In this document: in pieces, positions 28,364 to 38,503 of the stretch | Position numbering within the stretch: position 1 is the first letter of the stretch | Layout: each line of letters begins with the position of its first letter | NCBI GenBank assembly: GCA_001769655.1 | Contig: MEPC01000024.1 | Span: 77,572 to 141,571 of the forward strand | From: Bacteroidetes bacterium RIFCSPLOWO2_12_FULL_37_12 | Lineage (GTDB): Bacteria; Bacteroidota; Bacteroidia; 2-12-FULL-37-12 | Direction: 5' to 3' | DNA: 64,000 nucleotides | Position numbers and translations under genes: made by a program | Notes under the pieces: generated by a model | The model's database searches: none | Told to the model about the DNA's origin: nothing | Seen by the model: only the letters and a program-made list of their open reading frames with translations

Positions 28364-31300
28364 TCACCTCAACACCGTCACCGTTCCCGAAGAAAGCAAC
28401 TCTTTTTGTTGAATTGTTCTTCCACTAATTATCCATGTATAAACACCCAATGGCACTGGTGTTCCGTTGAAATTTCCATCCCATCCCAAATCAAAATGAT
28501 TGCTCTCAAACATCTCTTTTCCCCAACGGTCAAAAACCTTGAATGAATAATTAACTATTAATCCATTTCCTTCCGGTTTGAATACATCGTTTAATCCATC
28601 CTGATCAGGTGTGAACGCATTTGGTATGTATAGAGTGGAATAGGGTTTTACATGTACCCATTCCGAAACAGTATCCGAACATCCACCGGATCCAGTGACA
28701 CGAAGTGTAATTAAAAAATTTCCGGTATCTGCATATAAATGCAATGGGTTTGTCTCTTCCGAATAACTGCCGTCTCCTAAATCCCAGCCAGAGGTGGAGT
28801 AACTAAACCCTGTATTAATTAACTCCACCTGCGGATCACGGCTGGTTGGTTCACCCTGGAGAATAAAACTTGCTTCCGGCATGGGATTCACATTAAGTCC
28901 TTTTTCAACCACGAAAAGGTTTGTGCACCCGGAAGCATTTATAACGTTAAGTGTCACTGTATAATACCCTTGTTCTTTATAACTATGTACCGGTGATTTT
29001 TCCACACTGGTGTCACCATCTCCAAACGACCAGAAATATTTTGTATCGCTATCAACTAATTGGCTCATATTTTCAAAATTAATTTCTTCACTCCCGCAAA
29101 TTTCCTGTTTGATGGTTGAAAAATCAGCCACCGGAGTCGGATGAATCAGAATGGTTGTTTCCCTTTCTGCTACACATTTGTGCATGGTTTCTGTGTAAAG
29201 TTTTATTTTGTACTCTCCTGCATTTTCAAAAATCTGGGTAATACTTTGTCCTGATTTTGCGTTTCCCTGCTGGAAACTCCATAACCATTTAACAATCTCA
29301 TCATTATCTTTTCCTGCATCTCCCTTAATTTTCACTTCCACATCTTCACAAAAATTTTCAGTTAAAATGACAGGATCAGGGGTTGAATAAATCGTCACAT
29401 TTTTCAGCACCGTATCCACACATCCGTTTTCTGATTCAATGATCAATGAAACAGGATATATTCCATTACTCATGTAACTATGTTCCGGATTTATTATTTC
29501 CGATGAGCTACCATCCCCAAAATCCCAATATCTTTTTACTAACAGGTTTTTATAGTCGGGATTTACGTTCTCAAAAAATTGTAACTTCTTTCCTTCGCAA
29601 ACATTTTCAACGCTGATTTCAACCATCTTTACCGGTTCAATATGAATAGTGTTTGTTTTAGTGTCACTGCACCCATTCGGTGTTTCAACAGTTAACGAAA
29701 TAGTATAACTTCCATATTCCTGATAACGATGAAAAATGGAAATCTCCTCTGAAGTGGCACCATCTCCGAAATCCCAGTGATATTCCCACGCTGAGTCAGG
29801 ATTTGTAATATTGTATGAAAATTGCACTTCCTTTTTACAAACTTGCTGATTTGTAAAATCTGCGTTTGGGACTTCAAAAATTTTTAGGGTATCTGAATAA
29901 AAATCACTGCATCCTATGATTGTGTCATTTGCAATCAATGTCACGAGATAGTTTCCAATACCTGTATAATAGGAAGTTGGATTTAGTGTTTTTGCTGAGT
30001 TTCCATCCCCAAAACTCCAGAAATAACTGTTGGCATTGGTGGTCTGATTTACAAAATCAACACGGGCAGGTCCGCAAGATGTATGAAGGGATGACTCAAA
30101 CGCTACCACCGGTCCCTGAACATGAATGAATCCAGGTTTTGTCAACGTATCCGTACATCCGGAGCTATCGGAAATTAATAGCTGTATATCATAATATCCT
30201 GATTTGGTATAAATATGAGATGGATTTTTTACACCGGATAAACTGCCATCTCCGAAGTTCCATTCCCATTTTTCACTTCCGTTGCTATGGTCAGTAAAGT
30301 TAAACAGAGCCGGAGGACAATTATAATTTTCCTGAGAAGAAAAATTTGCCTCCGGTTGTGTAACAATTACAGGATTGTTTAAATAAAACGTGTCGGCGCA
30401 TCCATTGAAAGACCATGCAATTAAACTTACAAAAAAAGTATCTTTTGCTGAAAAAATATGTACGGGTGATTTTTCTTCAGAGAAAAAACCATCTCCGAAA
30501 TTCCACAGGTATTTTTCACAATTTGCGGAAGTGTTCTGAAAAGAAACCGGAAAAGGCAAACAACCTTTATCACCATCCGCCAGAAAAGAGGATACCGGTT
30601 TACCTATTTGCACTGCATCCACCAAGTGACTTGTGTCTGAACATCCTTGCCCATAAGCGATTAGTGTCACACTCATTTTCCCTTCTTTTACATATATATG
30701 CGAAGGTGAATTTTCTGAGGATTGAAACCCATCTCCAAAATTCCAAAGATAATTTTCTGCTCCGGTTGAATTATTCTGAAAAACTACGCGGAGAGAATCA
30801 CAACCGCTTGATTTGGTTTGTATGCTGAAAGCGGAAGTGGGTCCGAAAACATGAATAGTATCTTTAAAATATATTGTCCTTTTACAGTTATTGGAATCCG
30901 TTAATTCAACCGAAACAAAATTGTTTCCGGTATTTTCAAATAAATGGGATGGATTGGAAATAGTGTCACTCTTTCCATCACCGAAATTCCATTTATATTC
31001 TGAGAACACTCCATTAGGAATATTGAATGTAACCACCAACGGTTTACATCCTGATTTTTGAGTAGCTGAAATGTTGTAATTCTCGCCGGTGTGGATTACC
31101 TGCGTTTTATTGCTCAAACATCCATTCTGATCAGTGACAGTTAATTTAGTCTGATAATCAGCAGAAGAAGGGAAATTATGCACAGGATTTTCTTCGTTTG
31201 AATTTGTTCCATCCCCGAAATCCCAGAAATATTGCAGGGACCCGTTTGAAAGGGAAGTGTCTGCATGAATCATGAAAGCCACTTTGTTTATCTCACAGAG

Positions 31301-33670
31301 AGTTGGGTAAGAGAAATTATAATCTGCCACCGGTCCTGTGATTTTAACAAATTCAACGTAAACGATAGTGTCTGATGAACCCGATGGATTTTTAGCAATC
31401 AAGCTGACCGTATAATTACCGGGATACAAATAAGTATGTTGTGGATTTTTTTCTGAGGAAGATGCCCCATCTCCGAAATTCCAGTTCCAGGAAATAGCTC
31501 CCTCACTTTCATTTATAAAATGCACTTCCCTTGGGGCGCATCCCAATACTACACTGCCTTCATCGGTCGAAAATTCAGCAGTTAAATTTCCAAAAACACC
31601 TCCTAATCCCATCTCTGCTTCACCTAATTTTTTACTGATAACCATTTCACATCCTTTCGAGTTTGTAATTTTAAGAGTTACAATAAATACACCCGGTTGT
31701 GAATAATAGTGAACCGGATTTTTTTCGTTAGAAAAAGTACTATCCCCAAAGTTCCATTCGTAAAGCAAATTTTCTGAAGATGCTACTGTGAACATAACCC
31801 TTTTTGGGTAGGATCCTTCAGCGATCTCAACTTTAAAATCCCCATTAAAAGATTCAAAATACAGCGCATTCACTTTTTCTAATGAATGTTTACATCCGTC
31901 AGAAGATGTTACTTCCAATGAAATAGTATAATATCCGGATTTAGTGTAGGTATGAGAAGGGTTTTTTACATTGGAATACGTACTATCACCAAAATCCCAA
32001 AACCAGGAGACAACATTTTCACTGAGAGAAACAAATTCTGCCGAATAGGGAGGACATTCTGATTTGATATTTACAGTAAAATCAGATTTGATTCCGCTTA
32101 CAAGATACGTGCTGAATTCCGGAATTGTAATGGAACATCCTCCATTCAACGTCATAGTGAGTGACACTGTATAATTACCAGCTATAGGATAAGTGTGAGA
32201 TGGATTAGCGGACTGTGAGGTAGTGCCATCTCCAAAATTCCATAACCAACCGGATACATCCGCTTTAGTATATGATAAATTAATTTGCATGGGAACACAT
32301 CCAGAAGTGACAGGGGGAATCTGATAATCAACATTTCCCGATAACACAACTACCGGATTATTTTGTGTAAACACATCAGCACACCCATTTTCATTTTCTA
32401 CTAATAAGGAAACGGAATAACTTCCGGCATTTGGATAAGTATGTACAGGACTTGTTTCAGAAGAAAAAGATCCGTCACCAAAATCCCAATGATATTTTGT
32501 GCCACCCATACTGGTGTTTGTAAATTGAACTTGTACAGGAAGGCAGGTCTGTATCATGTTTGATTCAAATCCGGCGATGGGTGATGAAGTGACTTTGATA
32601 TAATCGTTTACTATTTCAGTAAACCGGCATCCGTTGCTGTCAGTGACAGTCAGTGACACAGTATAATCACCTGCATTATTGAATGTATGGTTAATTTTAT
32701 AACCCGATATAGTATCCGTGCCACCAAAACTCCAAACCTGATTATTTGTATTGTTGGTATTCGAGCTAAAATTAACACCCAAAGGTTCACAACCGGTTAT
32801 GACATCGGCATAAATTTCCAGTGATAGAGGAGTTGCAATCTCAATTGGTTTTGGAATTTGATTGATTGTACTGCAATTAAATGCATTTGTAACTGTGAGC
32901 GTAGTGAGATAAGTGCCTGATGCCGTAAAATATTTTTCTGGTTTTAGCTCCGTGGATGTAGTGCCGTCTCCAAAATTCCACAGGTAGCTGTTTTCATTTT
33001 CAACTAAAGGACTGAAATTGAATGGCTGTGAAATGTCACATGCACTTAACGGTGAAACTGAAAACCCCGCATCCGGTATAGGATGTATTTCCACTGCTGA
33101 GGATATTTTCTTAAATGAATTGCATCCAAGATTATCAAATACCACAAGGGTAATATCAAATATTCCTGATTTTGAATAGTTATATACCGGTTCTTTCGCA
33201 TTTAACGTATTTCCGTCTCCCATATCCCACAAATAATTTACAGCATTGAGAGAATGATTATGTAAAATGATCTGATTATCATTACTGCAATGCCCATTTA
33301 TTTCAAGAGTAAAATCAGCTATTGGTTTTTCATTTACAATTACCATAGCAAGTTTAATTACAGAATCCTTTATTCCATCCTGACCGATATAGGTAAGAGA
33401 TACACTATATATTCCCGGTTGAAAATAAATATGTACCGGAGAAGGTATATCAGAAGTGGCACCATCTCCGAAGTACCATTTTAATTGAGTAGCGTTGTTT
33501 AGGATATTTGAGAAAGTGACTTTTAGCGGAGCACATCCTTGTGTCACATCGGCTAAGATGAGTGTCTCTGTTTGTGGTTCCTGGCTTTTTGCGGAATTAC
33601 TGAAAACAGTGATTGTTGCAATTAAAACTATAATAGTTTTAAAACGGTTAATGTTAGTAATGGGTCTCAT
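28364..33670 (-). CDS. Large multi-PKD surface protein with T9SS type B (gliding-motility-associated) C-terminal domain
   Basis: More than 15 WxFGDG...P.H.Y PKD repeats; C-terminal LYIPNAFTPDQDGLND...FDRWG...GWDG...GVY...GTVTVLR. Confidence 0.92.
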   Translation of the reverse strand: MRPITNINRFKTIIVLIATITVFSNSAKSQEPQTETLILADVTQGCAPLKVTFSNILNNATQLKWYFGDGATSDIPSPVHIYFQPGIYSVSLTYIGQDGIKDSVIKLAMVIVNEKPIADFTLEINGHCSNDNQIILHNHSLNAVNYLWDMGDGNTLNAKEPVYNYSKSGIFDITLVVFDNLGCNSFKKISSAVEIHPIPDAGFSVSPLSACDISQPFNFSPLVENENSYLWNFGDGTTSTELKPEKYFTASGTYLTTLTVTNAFNCSTINQIPKPIEIATPLSLEIYADVITGCEPLGVNFSSNTNNTNNQVWSFGGTDTISGYKINHTFNNAGDYTVSLTVTDSNGCRFTEIVNDYIKVTSSPIAGFESNMIQTCLPVQVQFTNTSMGGTKYHWDFGDGSFSSETSPVHTYPNAGSYSVSLLVENENGCADVFTQNNPVVVLSGNVDYQIPPVTSGCVPMQINLSYTKADVSGWLWNFGDGTTSQSANPSHTYPIAGNYTVSLTMTLNGGCSITIPEFSTYLVSGIKSDFTVNIKSECPPYSAEFVSLSENVVSWFWDFGDSTYSNVKNPSHTYTKSGYYTISLEVTSSDGCKHSLEKVNALYFESFNGDFKVEIAEGSYPKRVMFTVASSENLLYEWNFGDSTFSNEKNPVHYYSQPGVFIVTLKITNSKGCEMVISKKLGEAEMGLGGVFGNLTAEFSTDEGSVVLGCAPREVHFINESEGAISWNWNFGDGASSSEKNPQHTYLYPGNYTVSLIAKNPSGSSDTIVYVEFVKITGPVADYNFSYPTLCEINKVAFMIHADTSLSNGSLQYFWDFGDGTNSNEENPVHNFPSSADYQTKLTVTDQNGCLSNKTQVIHTGENYNISATQKSGCKPLVVTFNIPNGVFSEYKWNFGDGKSDTISNPSHLFENTGNNFVSVELTDSNNCKRTIYFKDTIHVFGPTSAFSIQTKSSGCDSLRVVFQNNSTGAENYLWNFGDGFQSSENSPSHIYVKEGKMSVTLIAYGQGCSDTSHLVDAVQIGKPVSSFLADGDKGCLPFPVSFQNTSANCEKYLWNFGDGFFSEEKSPVHIFSAKDTFFVSLIAWSFNGCADTFYLNNPVIVTQPEANFSSQENYNCPPALFNFTDHSNGSEKWEWNFGDGSLSGVKNPSHIYTKSGYYDIQLLISDSSGCTDTLTKPGFIHVQGPVVAFESSLHTSCGPARVDFVNQTTNANSYFWSFGDGNSAKTLNPTSYYTGIGNYLVTLIANDTIIGCSDFYSDTLKIFEVPNADFTNQQVCKKEVQFSYNITNPDSAWEYHWDFGDGATSEEISIFHRYQEYGSYTISLTVETPNGCSDTKTNTIHIEPVKMVEISVENVCEGKKLQFFENVNPDYKNLLVKRYWDFGDGSSSEIINPEHSYMSNGIYPVSLIIESENGCVDTVLKNVTIYSTPDPVILTENFCEDVEVKIKGDAGKDNDEIVKWLWSFQQGNAKSGQSITQIFENAGEYKIKLYTETMHKCVAERETTILIHPTPVADFSTIKQEICGSEEINFENMSQLVDSDTKYFWSFGDGDTSVEKSPVHSYKEQGYYTVTLNVINASGCTNLFVVEKGLNVNPMPEASFILQGEPTSRDPQVELINTGFSYSTSGWDLGDGSYSEETNPLHLYADTGNFLITLRVTGSGGCSDTVSEWVHVKPYSTLYIPNAFTPDQDGLNDVFKPEGNGLIVNYSFKVFDRWGKEMFESNHFDLGWDGNFNGTPVPLGVYTWIISGRTIQQKELLSSGTVTVLR

Positions 33671-33708
33671 GGCAATAAGGGTTTAATGGTGAATCCGAGA
33701 CCCTTTAG

Positions 33709-33725
33709 TGAAAACACCTTGCCAA
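33709..33725 (-). promoter_or_regulatory. Possible sigma-54 (-24/-12) promoter of the PKD gene
   Basis: Minus strand TTGGCAAGGTGTTTTCA about 40 bp upstream of the ATG; imperfect -12 element. Confidence 0.35.
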
Positions 33726-33957
33726 TGAATCCGTTTTTACAAAAACGTTTTGTAAAATAATAAATCTAATAGTTTGAATTTCAGGTAGTTGTAAACGTTT
33801 TTTATCCGTCTTTGCGAAATAAAAAAATCAAAAGTAAATGTAAAAAATTTCAATAGTTGGGTAATTATTTACCCGGAATGGGTACAACTTTTATGGGTTA
33901 ATTTATTTTTATTAAAAAATTTCATACCTTTGTAAAAATTTTTAATCACTACCTAAC

Positions 33958-34746
33958 ATGAACACAAGCACACATACATCAGAAAAACCAAACTTTGAAA
34001 AAGTTTGGCTAATGTTTCAGGAAACGGATAGAAAGTTTCAGGAAACCGAACGACTTTTAAAAGAAGGTTCTCAGGAAACCGAACGACTTTTAAAAGAAGG
34101 TTCTCGGGAAACCGAACGACTTTTAAAAGAAGGTTCTCGGGAAACCGAACGACTTTTAAAAGAAGGTTCTCAGGAAACCGAACGACTTTTAAAAGAAGGT
34201 TCTCAGGAAACCGAACGGCTTTTAAAAGAAAGTTCTCAGGAAACGGATAGAATTTTAACTGAAAAGTTTCAGGAAACGGATAAACAATTCAAAGCAACCG
34301 ACAAAAAGATAAGGGAGGTGGAAGGATTGTTCACCGGCAAATGGGGACGGCTGATGGAAGCGCTGGTAGAGGGTGATTTGCTGAAATTATTACAGCGAAA
34401 AAACATTAAGGTGGACAAGACATTTACCAGAATTAAATTTACTTACCAGAACAGAAATGGCGAAATTGACATCATTGCCATGAATGGGAACGAAATAGTG
34501 CTTGTAGAAGTGAAAACGACCTTAACTTCTGAAGATGTAAAAGATTTTATTGAAAAAACGTTGGCGATTTACAAAAAGGTTTTTCCAGAATACAAAAACC
34601 GTAAAGTGTATGGCGCTGTTGCCTACCTGAACGCCGAAAGTCATGCAGAATTAAATGCAGAAAGAATGGGATTGTATGTCATCAAAGCCGTAGGAAGTAG
34701 TTCATCCATCATAAATCAGAAACGATTTATACCTAAGGTGTTTTAA
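33958..34746 (+). CDS. Coiled-coil repeat protein with C-terminal PD-(D/E)XK-like domain (DUF3782-like)
   Basis: 11-aa QETERLLKEGS repeats, then WGRLME...GEIDIIAMNG...VEVKTTL...VYGAVAYL...GLYVI. Confidence 0.75.
   Translation: MNTSTHTSEKPNFEKVWLMFQETDRKFQETERLLKEGSQETERLLKEGSRETERLLKEGSRETERLLKEGSQETERLLKEGSQETERLLKESSQETDRILTEKFQETDKQFKATDKKIREVEGLFTGKWGRLMEALVEGDLLKLLQRKNIKVDKTFTRIKFTYQNRNGEIDIIAMNGNEIVLVEVKTTLTSEDVKDFIEKTLAIYKKVFPEYKNRKVYGAVAYLNAESHAELNAERMGLYVIKAVGSSSSIINQKRFIPKVF
34039..34269 (+). repeat. 33-bp coding tandem repeat (6 near-perfect + 1 degenerate units)
   Basis: Unit caggaaaccgaacgacttttaaaagaaggttct. Confidence 0.95.
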
Positions 34747-34780
34747 AGCATCTTTAAAATCTACCATTTTGTTCCTCTAA

Positions 34781-37700
34781 TCATTTCCTCACTCTCACCA
34801 CACGCTTCCCATAATTCCCCGCATCACCTTTTACCAATAAATAGTAAATTCCACTACTACTAAGGTTTGTTAAGTCAATGTCAAAGGATTGTTTGTGTGC
34901 ATTTGAGTTTAATGGAATACGATGGACCTGCCTGCCTGTGTTATCAAACATCAATAACGTATGCGGTTTAATATTTTCAGTATTCAAAATCAAAACCTTT
35001 AATTCGTCACCATTAGCAGGATTCGGATACACCGTAATATTTTTTTCGTAATTATTCTCATTGATTCCAACCAGACACTGTAACCGCAATGAATCCGAAT
35101 AAACCGTCATTGCCCCGTTGGCATCGGTGACAGTAACGGAATATGCATAAACTCCGATGGTGTCAAACATATAAATCGGAGCAGGTGGAGATAATTGTAC
35201 TCCTTTATCAATTGCCCATTGATAGGTAAAAGGTTCAACACCTCCGGTGGCACTTGGATAAAATTGAATTCCTTCTCCGGCACAGGCAGTATCGGTAGTG
35301 ACACTTGCTGAAAAATAGGGCTGAACCTCTGAAACCTTGCCTAACGCATATTGTCCCTCTCGGGTGTCACCGTTTGGAATTTTTATACGCAAATATTCTT
35401 TCCCATCATTATTAACCCTTGTGGCAGGTAAATTCTCCCAGTCAACGGCTGAGTTCGGGCGGTAAAGAATACGCTGATTTCCATAATTCTCAAATCCATC
35501 TGCCGTTGAATCATCAAAATCAACAATCAAAGCATTCCGGTGCTCACCATAAAATTCCCAAAACACTTCCAGCAATTCAGTGACATCTTGTGGCACATCT
35601 CCTCCGGGATTCATATCATAACGGATGGAATGAAGCGTATCGGTCTTTCCAGGATCCAATAATGAATATACAATTACCCCACCTTCTTTATAGTCCTTGA
35701 AAAAAGTATCGGGACTTGCAGTTGAATTTACAAATACAGTGTCCAAAGAAACTTTGGCATCGGATTTTGACATTGCAAGCGACCAGTTACTGAAGTGGTC
35801 AGTAGTGAAGCATATCTGATTTCCGTTACGTGTTGGTTTCACTTTAATTAATTCCCATCCACCGCCGGCATTGCGTTGAAAAACCAAACTGAGATGTTCA
35901 AGCCGCCTTGTGTGAAGTTTGGTAGAATCAAAAGTAAAACACACTTCTGCATCCATGCTATCTAAGGTAGAGCCAATTTCCCAATACTCATTATTGAAAA
36001 CGGTGGCAATGCTGTCATCCCCGACAATGTCAGGTACATTTTCAAAATACTGAACTACCGTAGCGCTCGTGGAATCGGAAGAGGTTTGTGAAACAAACGA
36101 GTTAAAGTTTAGTGTCACTCCGGTACTATCAAAAGGAATGGGTACACGAAGACCGGAGATGAGTTTCCCTTGTGCTTTGAAAGGTCTTCGGATTGGAACA
36201 ATTTCTATATCGGTTGCATATTCATGAAATCCTCCTCTGCTCACCGTATCAAAGTTTGAAAATATTCCTACAAAGAAACTATTGCCGAGACCGGAAAATT
36301 CATCGGAGAGATCCCCCGGTTGTTTTACAAAACGGCCAATCATCCTACCCGCATGGGCTTCTCCGCAGGTAAAACTTCCCATGATGCTGATATCGTCCAT
36401 CACTAAAACAGGGACGAATGTGCCATCTAATTTTTTTCTTTCAATCACTCCTTTGCCGCCGGTATAAATTCTTCTATGACCCGGAGGATTTGAAAAATCA
36501 AGAAAACTCAACGTAACAGGACTTAATCTTAACCGGAATCTATTGGAGGGTATTGTATCAAATACTTTAGTATTCTGAGCCAAACAGGAACCGATTGCGT
36601 CTAAGGAATCGCTTGGACGTTTGAAAATGAGTCGTTTGAAAATGCTGTCGGTACAAAGTTGTTGATTAGGTCTTTGAAGAGGATTTACTCCATAAAAATT
36701 TTGCCTGAAGGTAAGGGAAGGAAGTTGGGCATTCAATACTTTTACGGTAACAAAAGCTAAATTTCCACAACCATTCTCAGCAACCAACACCGAATAAGAA
36801 GTTGAAATTTCAGGAGTTACTGTTATGCTTTTAGTTGAATCGCCGGTATTCCATAAAAATTTATTACCTCCGCTCGCGGTGAGTGTTATTGCAGTACCGG
36901 CAGAAATAGCGGTATCTTTTCCTGCGCTGGACACAGGTGCTTTACGTACATATAAATCCTTGACCAGCGAATCGGCGCAGACCTCATTCATTGCACGCAA
37001 TACTATTTGATATTTACCCGGTACAGTTATTTCTCTTCCTACAAAGTCAGCACTGTCTATAGGAACCCCATTTATTGCCCATTTAAAAGACGCCGCCAAA
37101 GGACTAATTCTCTGAAAGAAAACTTTTTTACCGGAACAAATGATGGAATCGCTGGTTTTAAATAAAGCTAAAGGACAGCGAGTTGGGAGAGTATACTTGG
37201 CTTCTTTAATTGAAGAGTCAGCTCTTAATGATATTTCCATAACAATAAAATTACCATACAAAGAATGTCTCTGAATCCACTGCAAACTATGTTCAACAAA
37301 AGTAGTATCCTGTAAGTACATGTAAGATTGAAGGGTATCATTCCACATAAACAATGAGTCCGTTTTTATTTTTTCTTCCCTCAGCCGGAGAACGTCCTTA
37401 AAAGTCGCAACCGGGGTGCGGATAGTGCCGAATCCATCCGCGGTTATTGTTTTTGAGGTGTATGATTTTTGTAAGAGGTTGCCCATAAACGTATGAAAAA
37501 CGCTATTACCGGATCTTGAAGAATTATGGGTGAAATTATTTAAAGGCATTAACACTTCGGATGGAATAACCCGTGCGGCTCTTGTAAATCCCGGTTTTTC
37601 AAAGATTGCGCCTACGAAATATATTCCGGTGCTATCCATTTTATAATATGCCCACATACTGTCTCTCATGAATTTTAAAGCAAAACCCGCGTTCGGAAAT

Positions 37701-37960
37701 GAATCGGAATAAGGGGAAAGTTTCGATGGGATAATTTTTAAATAAGCGGTATCTGCCGGAATAAATTTACCGGAATAATCCCAGAATTGGTTGGCGCCGG
37801 AACCAAACACATTGATGTTAGTAGCGGTAGTGTCTCTCACTTCATAAAAATCAGTTCCCCATTCTGGGATAATTTTAGAAGTTAAGGCAATCTGTGCTTC
37901 AGACAAACTATATGTGGTTGCGAGCAAAGAAATCAAGAGTAGTTTTTTCATGATTTTCAT
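34781..37960 (-). CDS. Mosaic secreted protein with T9SS type A sorting domain
   Basis: Signal peptide; GANQFWDYS...ADGFGTIRTP N-domain; Ig/PKD-like segments; C-terminal VYPNPA...GIYYLLV...KRVVRVRK. Confidence 0.85.
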   Translation of the reverse strand: MKIMKKLLLISLLATTYSLSEAQIALTSKIIPEWGTDFYEVRDTTATNINVFGSGANQFWDYSGKFIPADTAYLKIIPSKLSPYSDSFPNAGFALKFMRDSMWAYYKMDSTGIYFVGAIFEKPGFTRAARVIPSEVLMPLNNFTHNSSRSGNSVFHTFMGNLLQKSYTSKTITADGFGTIRTPVATFKDVLRLREEKIKTDSLFMWNDTLQSYMYLQDTTFVEHSLQWIQRHSLYGNFIVMEISLRADSSIKEAKYTLPTRCPLALFKTSDSIICSGKKVFFQRISPLAASFKWAINGVPIDSADFVGREITVPGKYQIVLRAMNEVCADSLVKDLYVRKAPVSSAGKDTAISAGTAITLTASGGNKFLWNTGDSTKSITVTPEISTSYSVLVAENGCGNLAFVTVKVLNAQLPSLTFRQNFYGVNPLQRPNQQLCTDSIFKRLIFKRPSDSLDAIGSCLAQNTKVFDTIPSNRFRLRLSPVTLSFLDFSNPPGHRRIYTGGKGVIERKKLDGTFVPVLVMDDISIMGSFTCGEAHAGRMIGRFVKQPGDLSDEFSGLGNSFFVGIFSNFDTVSRGGFHEYATDIEIVPIRRPFKAQGKLISGLRVPIPFDSTGVTLNFNSFVSQTSSDSTSATVVQYFENVPDIVGDDSIATVFNNEYWEIGSTLDSMDAEVCFTFDSTKLHTRRLEHLSLVFQRNAGGGWELIKVKPTRNGNQICFTTDHFSNWSLAMSKSDAKVSLDTVFVNSTASPDTFFKDYKEGGVIVYSLLDPGKTDTLHSIRYDMNPGGDVPQDVTELLEVFWEFYGEHRNALIVDFDDSTADGFENYGNQRILYRPNSAVDWENLPATRVNNDGKEYLRIKIPNGDTREGQYALGKVSEVQPYFSASVTTDTACAGEGIQFYPSATGGVEPFTYQWAIDKGVQLSPPAPIYMFDTIGVYAYSVTVTDANGAMTVYSDSLRLQCLVGINENNYEKNITVYPNPANGDELKVLILNTENIKPHTLLMFDNTGRQVHRIPLNSNAHKQSFDIDLTNLSSSGIYYLLVKGDAGNYGKRVVRVRK

Positions 37961-38054
37961 GGTTATAAAGGTTAATATTTAATAAAGAAAGGCAAAGCTA
38001 TGTAAAAAAAACGAGATTAAAAAATTATTAATGAAATAATTTGAACTTCGTTTT

Positions 38055-38356
38055 GTGCCGTAGGCACGATTTAATTTTGTAATGATTGACTTTAGTCCGT
38101 CATTCAAATCTGTTCGTTTTATAACCAGATGTGCCCCTTCCTTCGTCAGGGTAAACTCCGGCACGATTTAATTTAGATTCTCAAATAGGTATCGCTCGTT
38201 ATATGGCACTTCAAACTTCTTCAATAACTCCAGATGCTCTTCTCTGAGCGTTTGTTTTTTTTATGTTTCGTTCCTACGGAACTCAACGGTCTTAAGTCAG
38301 GCGTTTCAACAACGGACTGAAGTCCGTTGTTACAATATGAACCGTTCCTACGGAAC
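38055..38356 (-). mobile_element. Internally deleted IS200/IS605-like (REP-flanked Y1 transposase) element
   Basis: Inverted REP doublets (GTGCCGTAGGCAC at 38055; GTTCCTACGGAAC at 38270 and 38344, each doublet with a GACTnnAGTC hairpin) around a short transposase-like C-terminal remnant. Confidence 0.6.
38168..38260 (-). pseudogene. C-terminal remnant of IS200-like TnpA
   Basis: Translates KKQTLREEHLELLKKFEVPYNERYLFENLN*, like the HHKKxTFxEEYxxxLxxFxVxYDERYLF tail of IS200-like transposases; no start or HUH motif left. Confidence 0.55.
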
Positions 38357-38503
38357 TTATTTTATAAGGCGTTTTTTCCTGCACAGGCAACCCTTCAATG
38401 GCTTGGAAGAGTCACCGAGTATCGTGCTGGTCAAATAAAATACAGTAATTATTGTTGATTTTTTTTTAATATCCAGGTGGGTGAAAACTTACTGGGATTT
38501 TTT
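38245..38503. repeat. ~260-bp direct repeat, copy 1
   Basis: Aligns by eye over its whole length with 38909-39170. Confidence 0.9.

Noticed and set aside
34039..34269. 33-bp repeats as a CRISPR array
   Set aside because: Units are contiguous with no spacers, lie in frame in a CDS, and no cas genes are present
37979..38164. 61-aa ORF MPEFTLTKEG...
   Set aside because: It lies over REP hairpins and a promoter region and has no recognisable features
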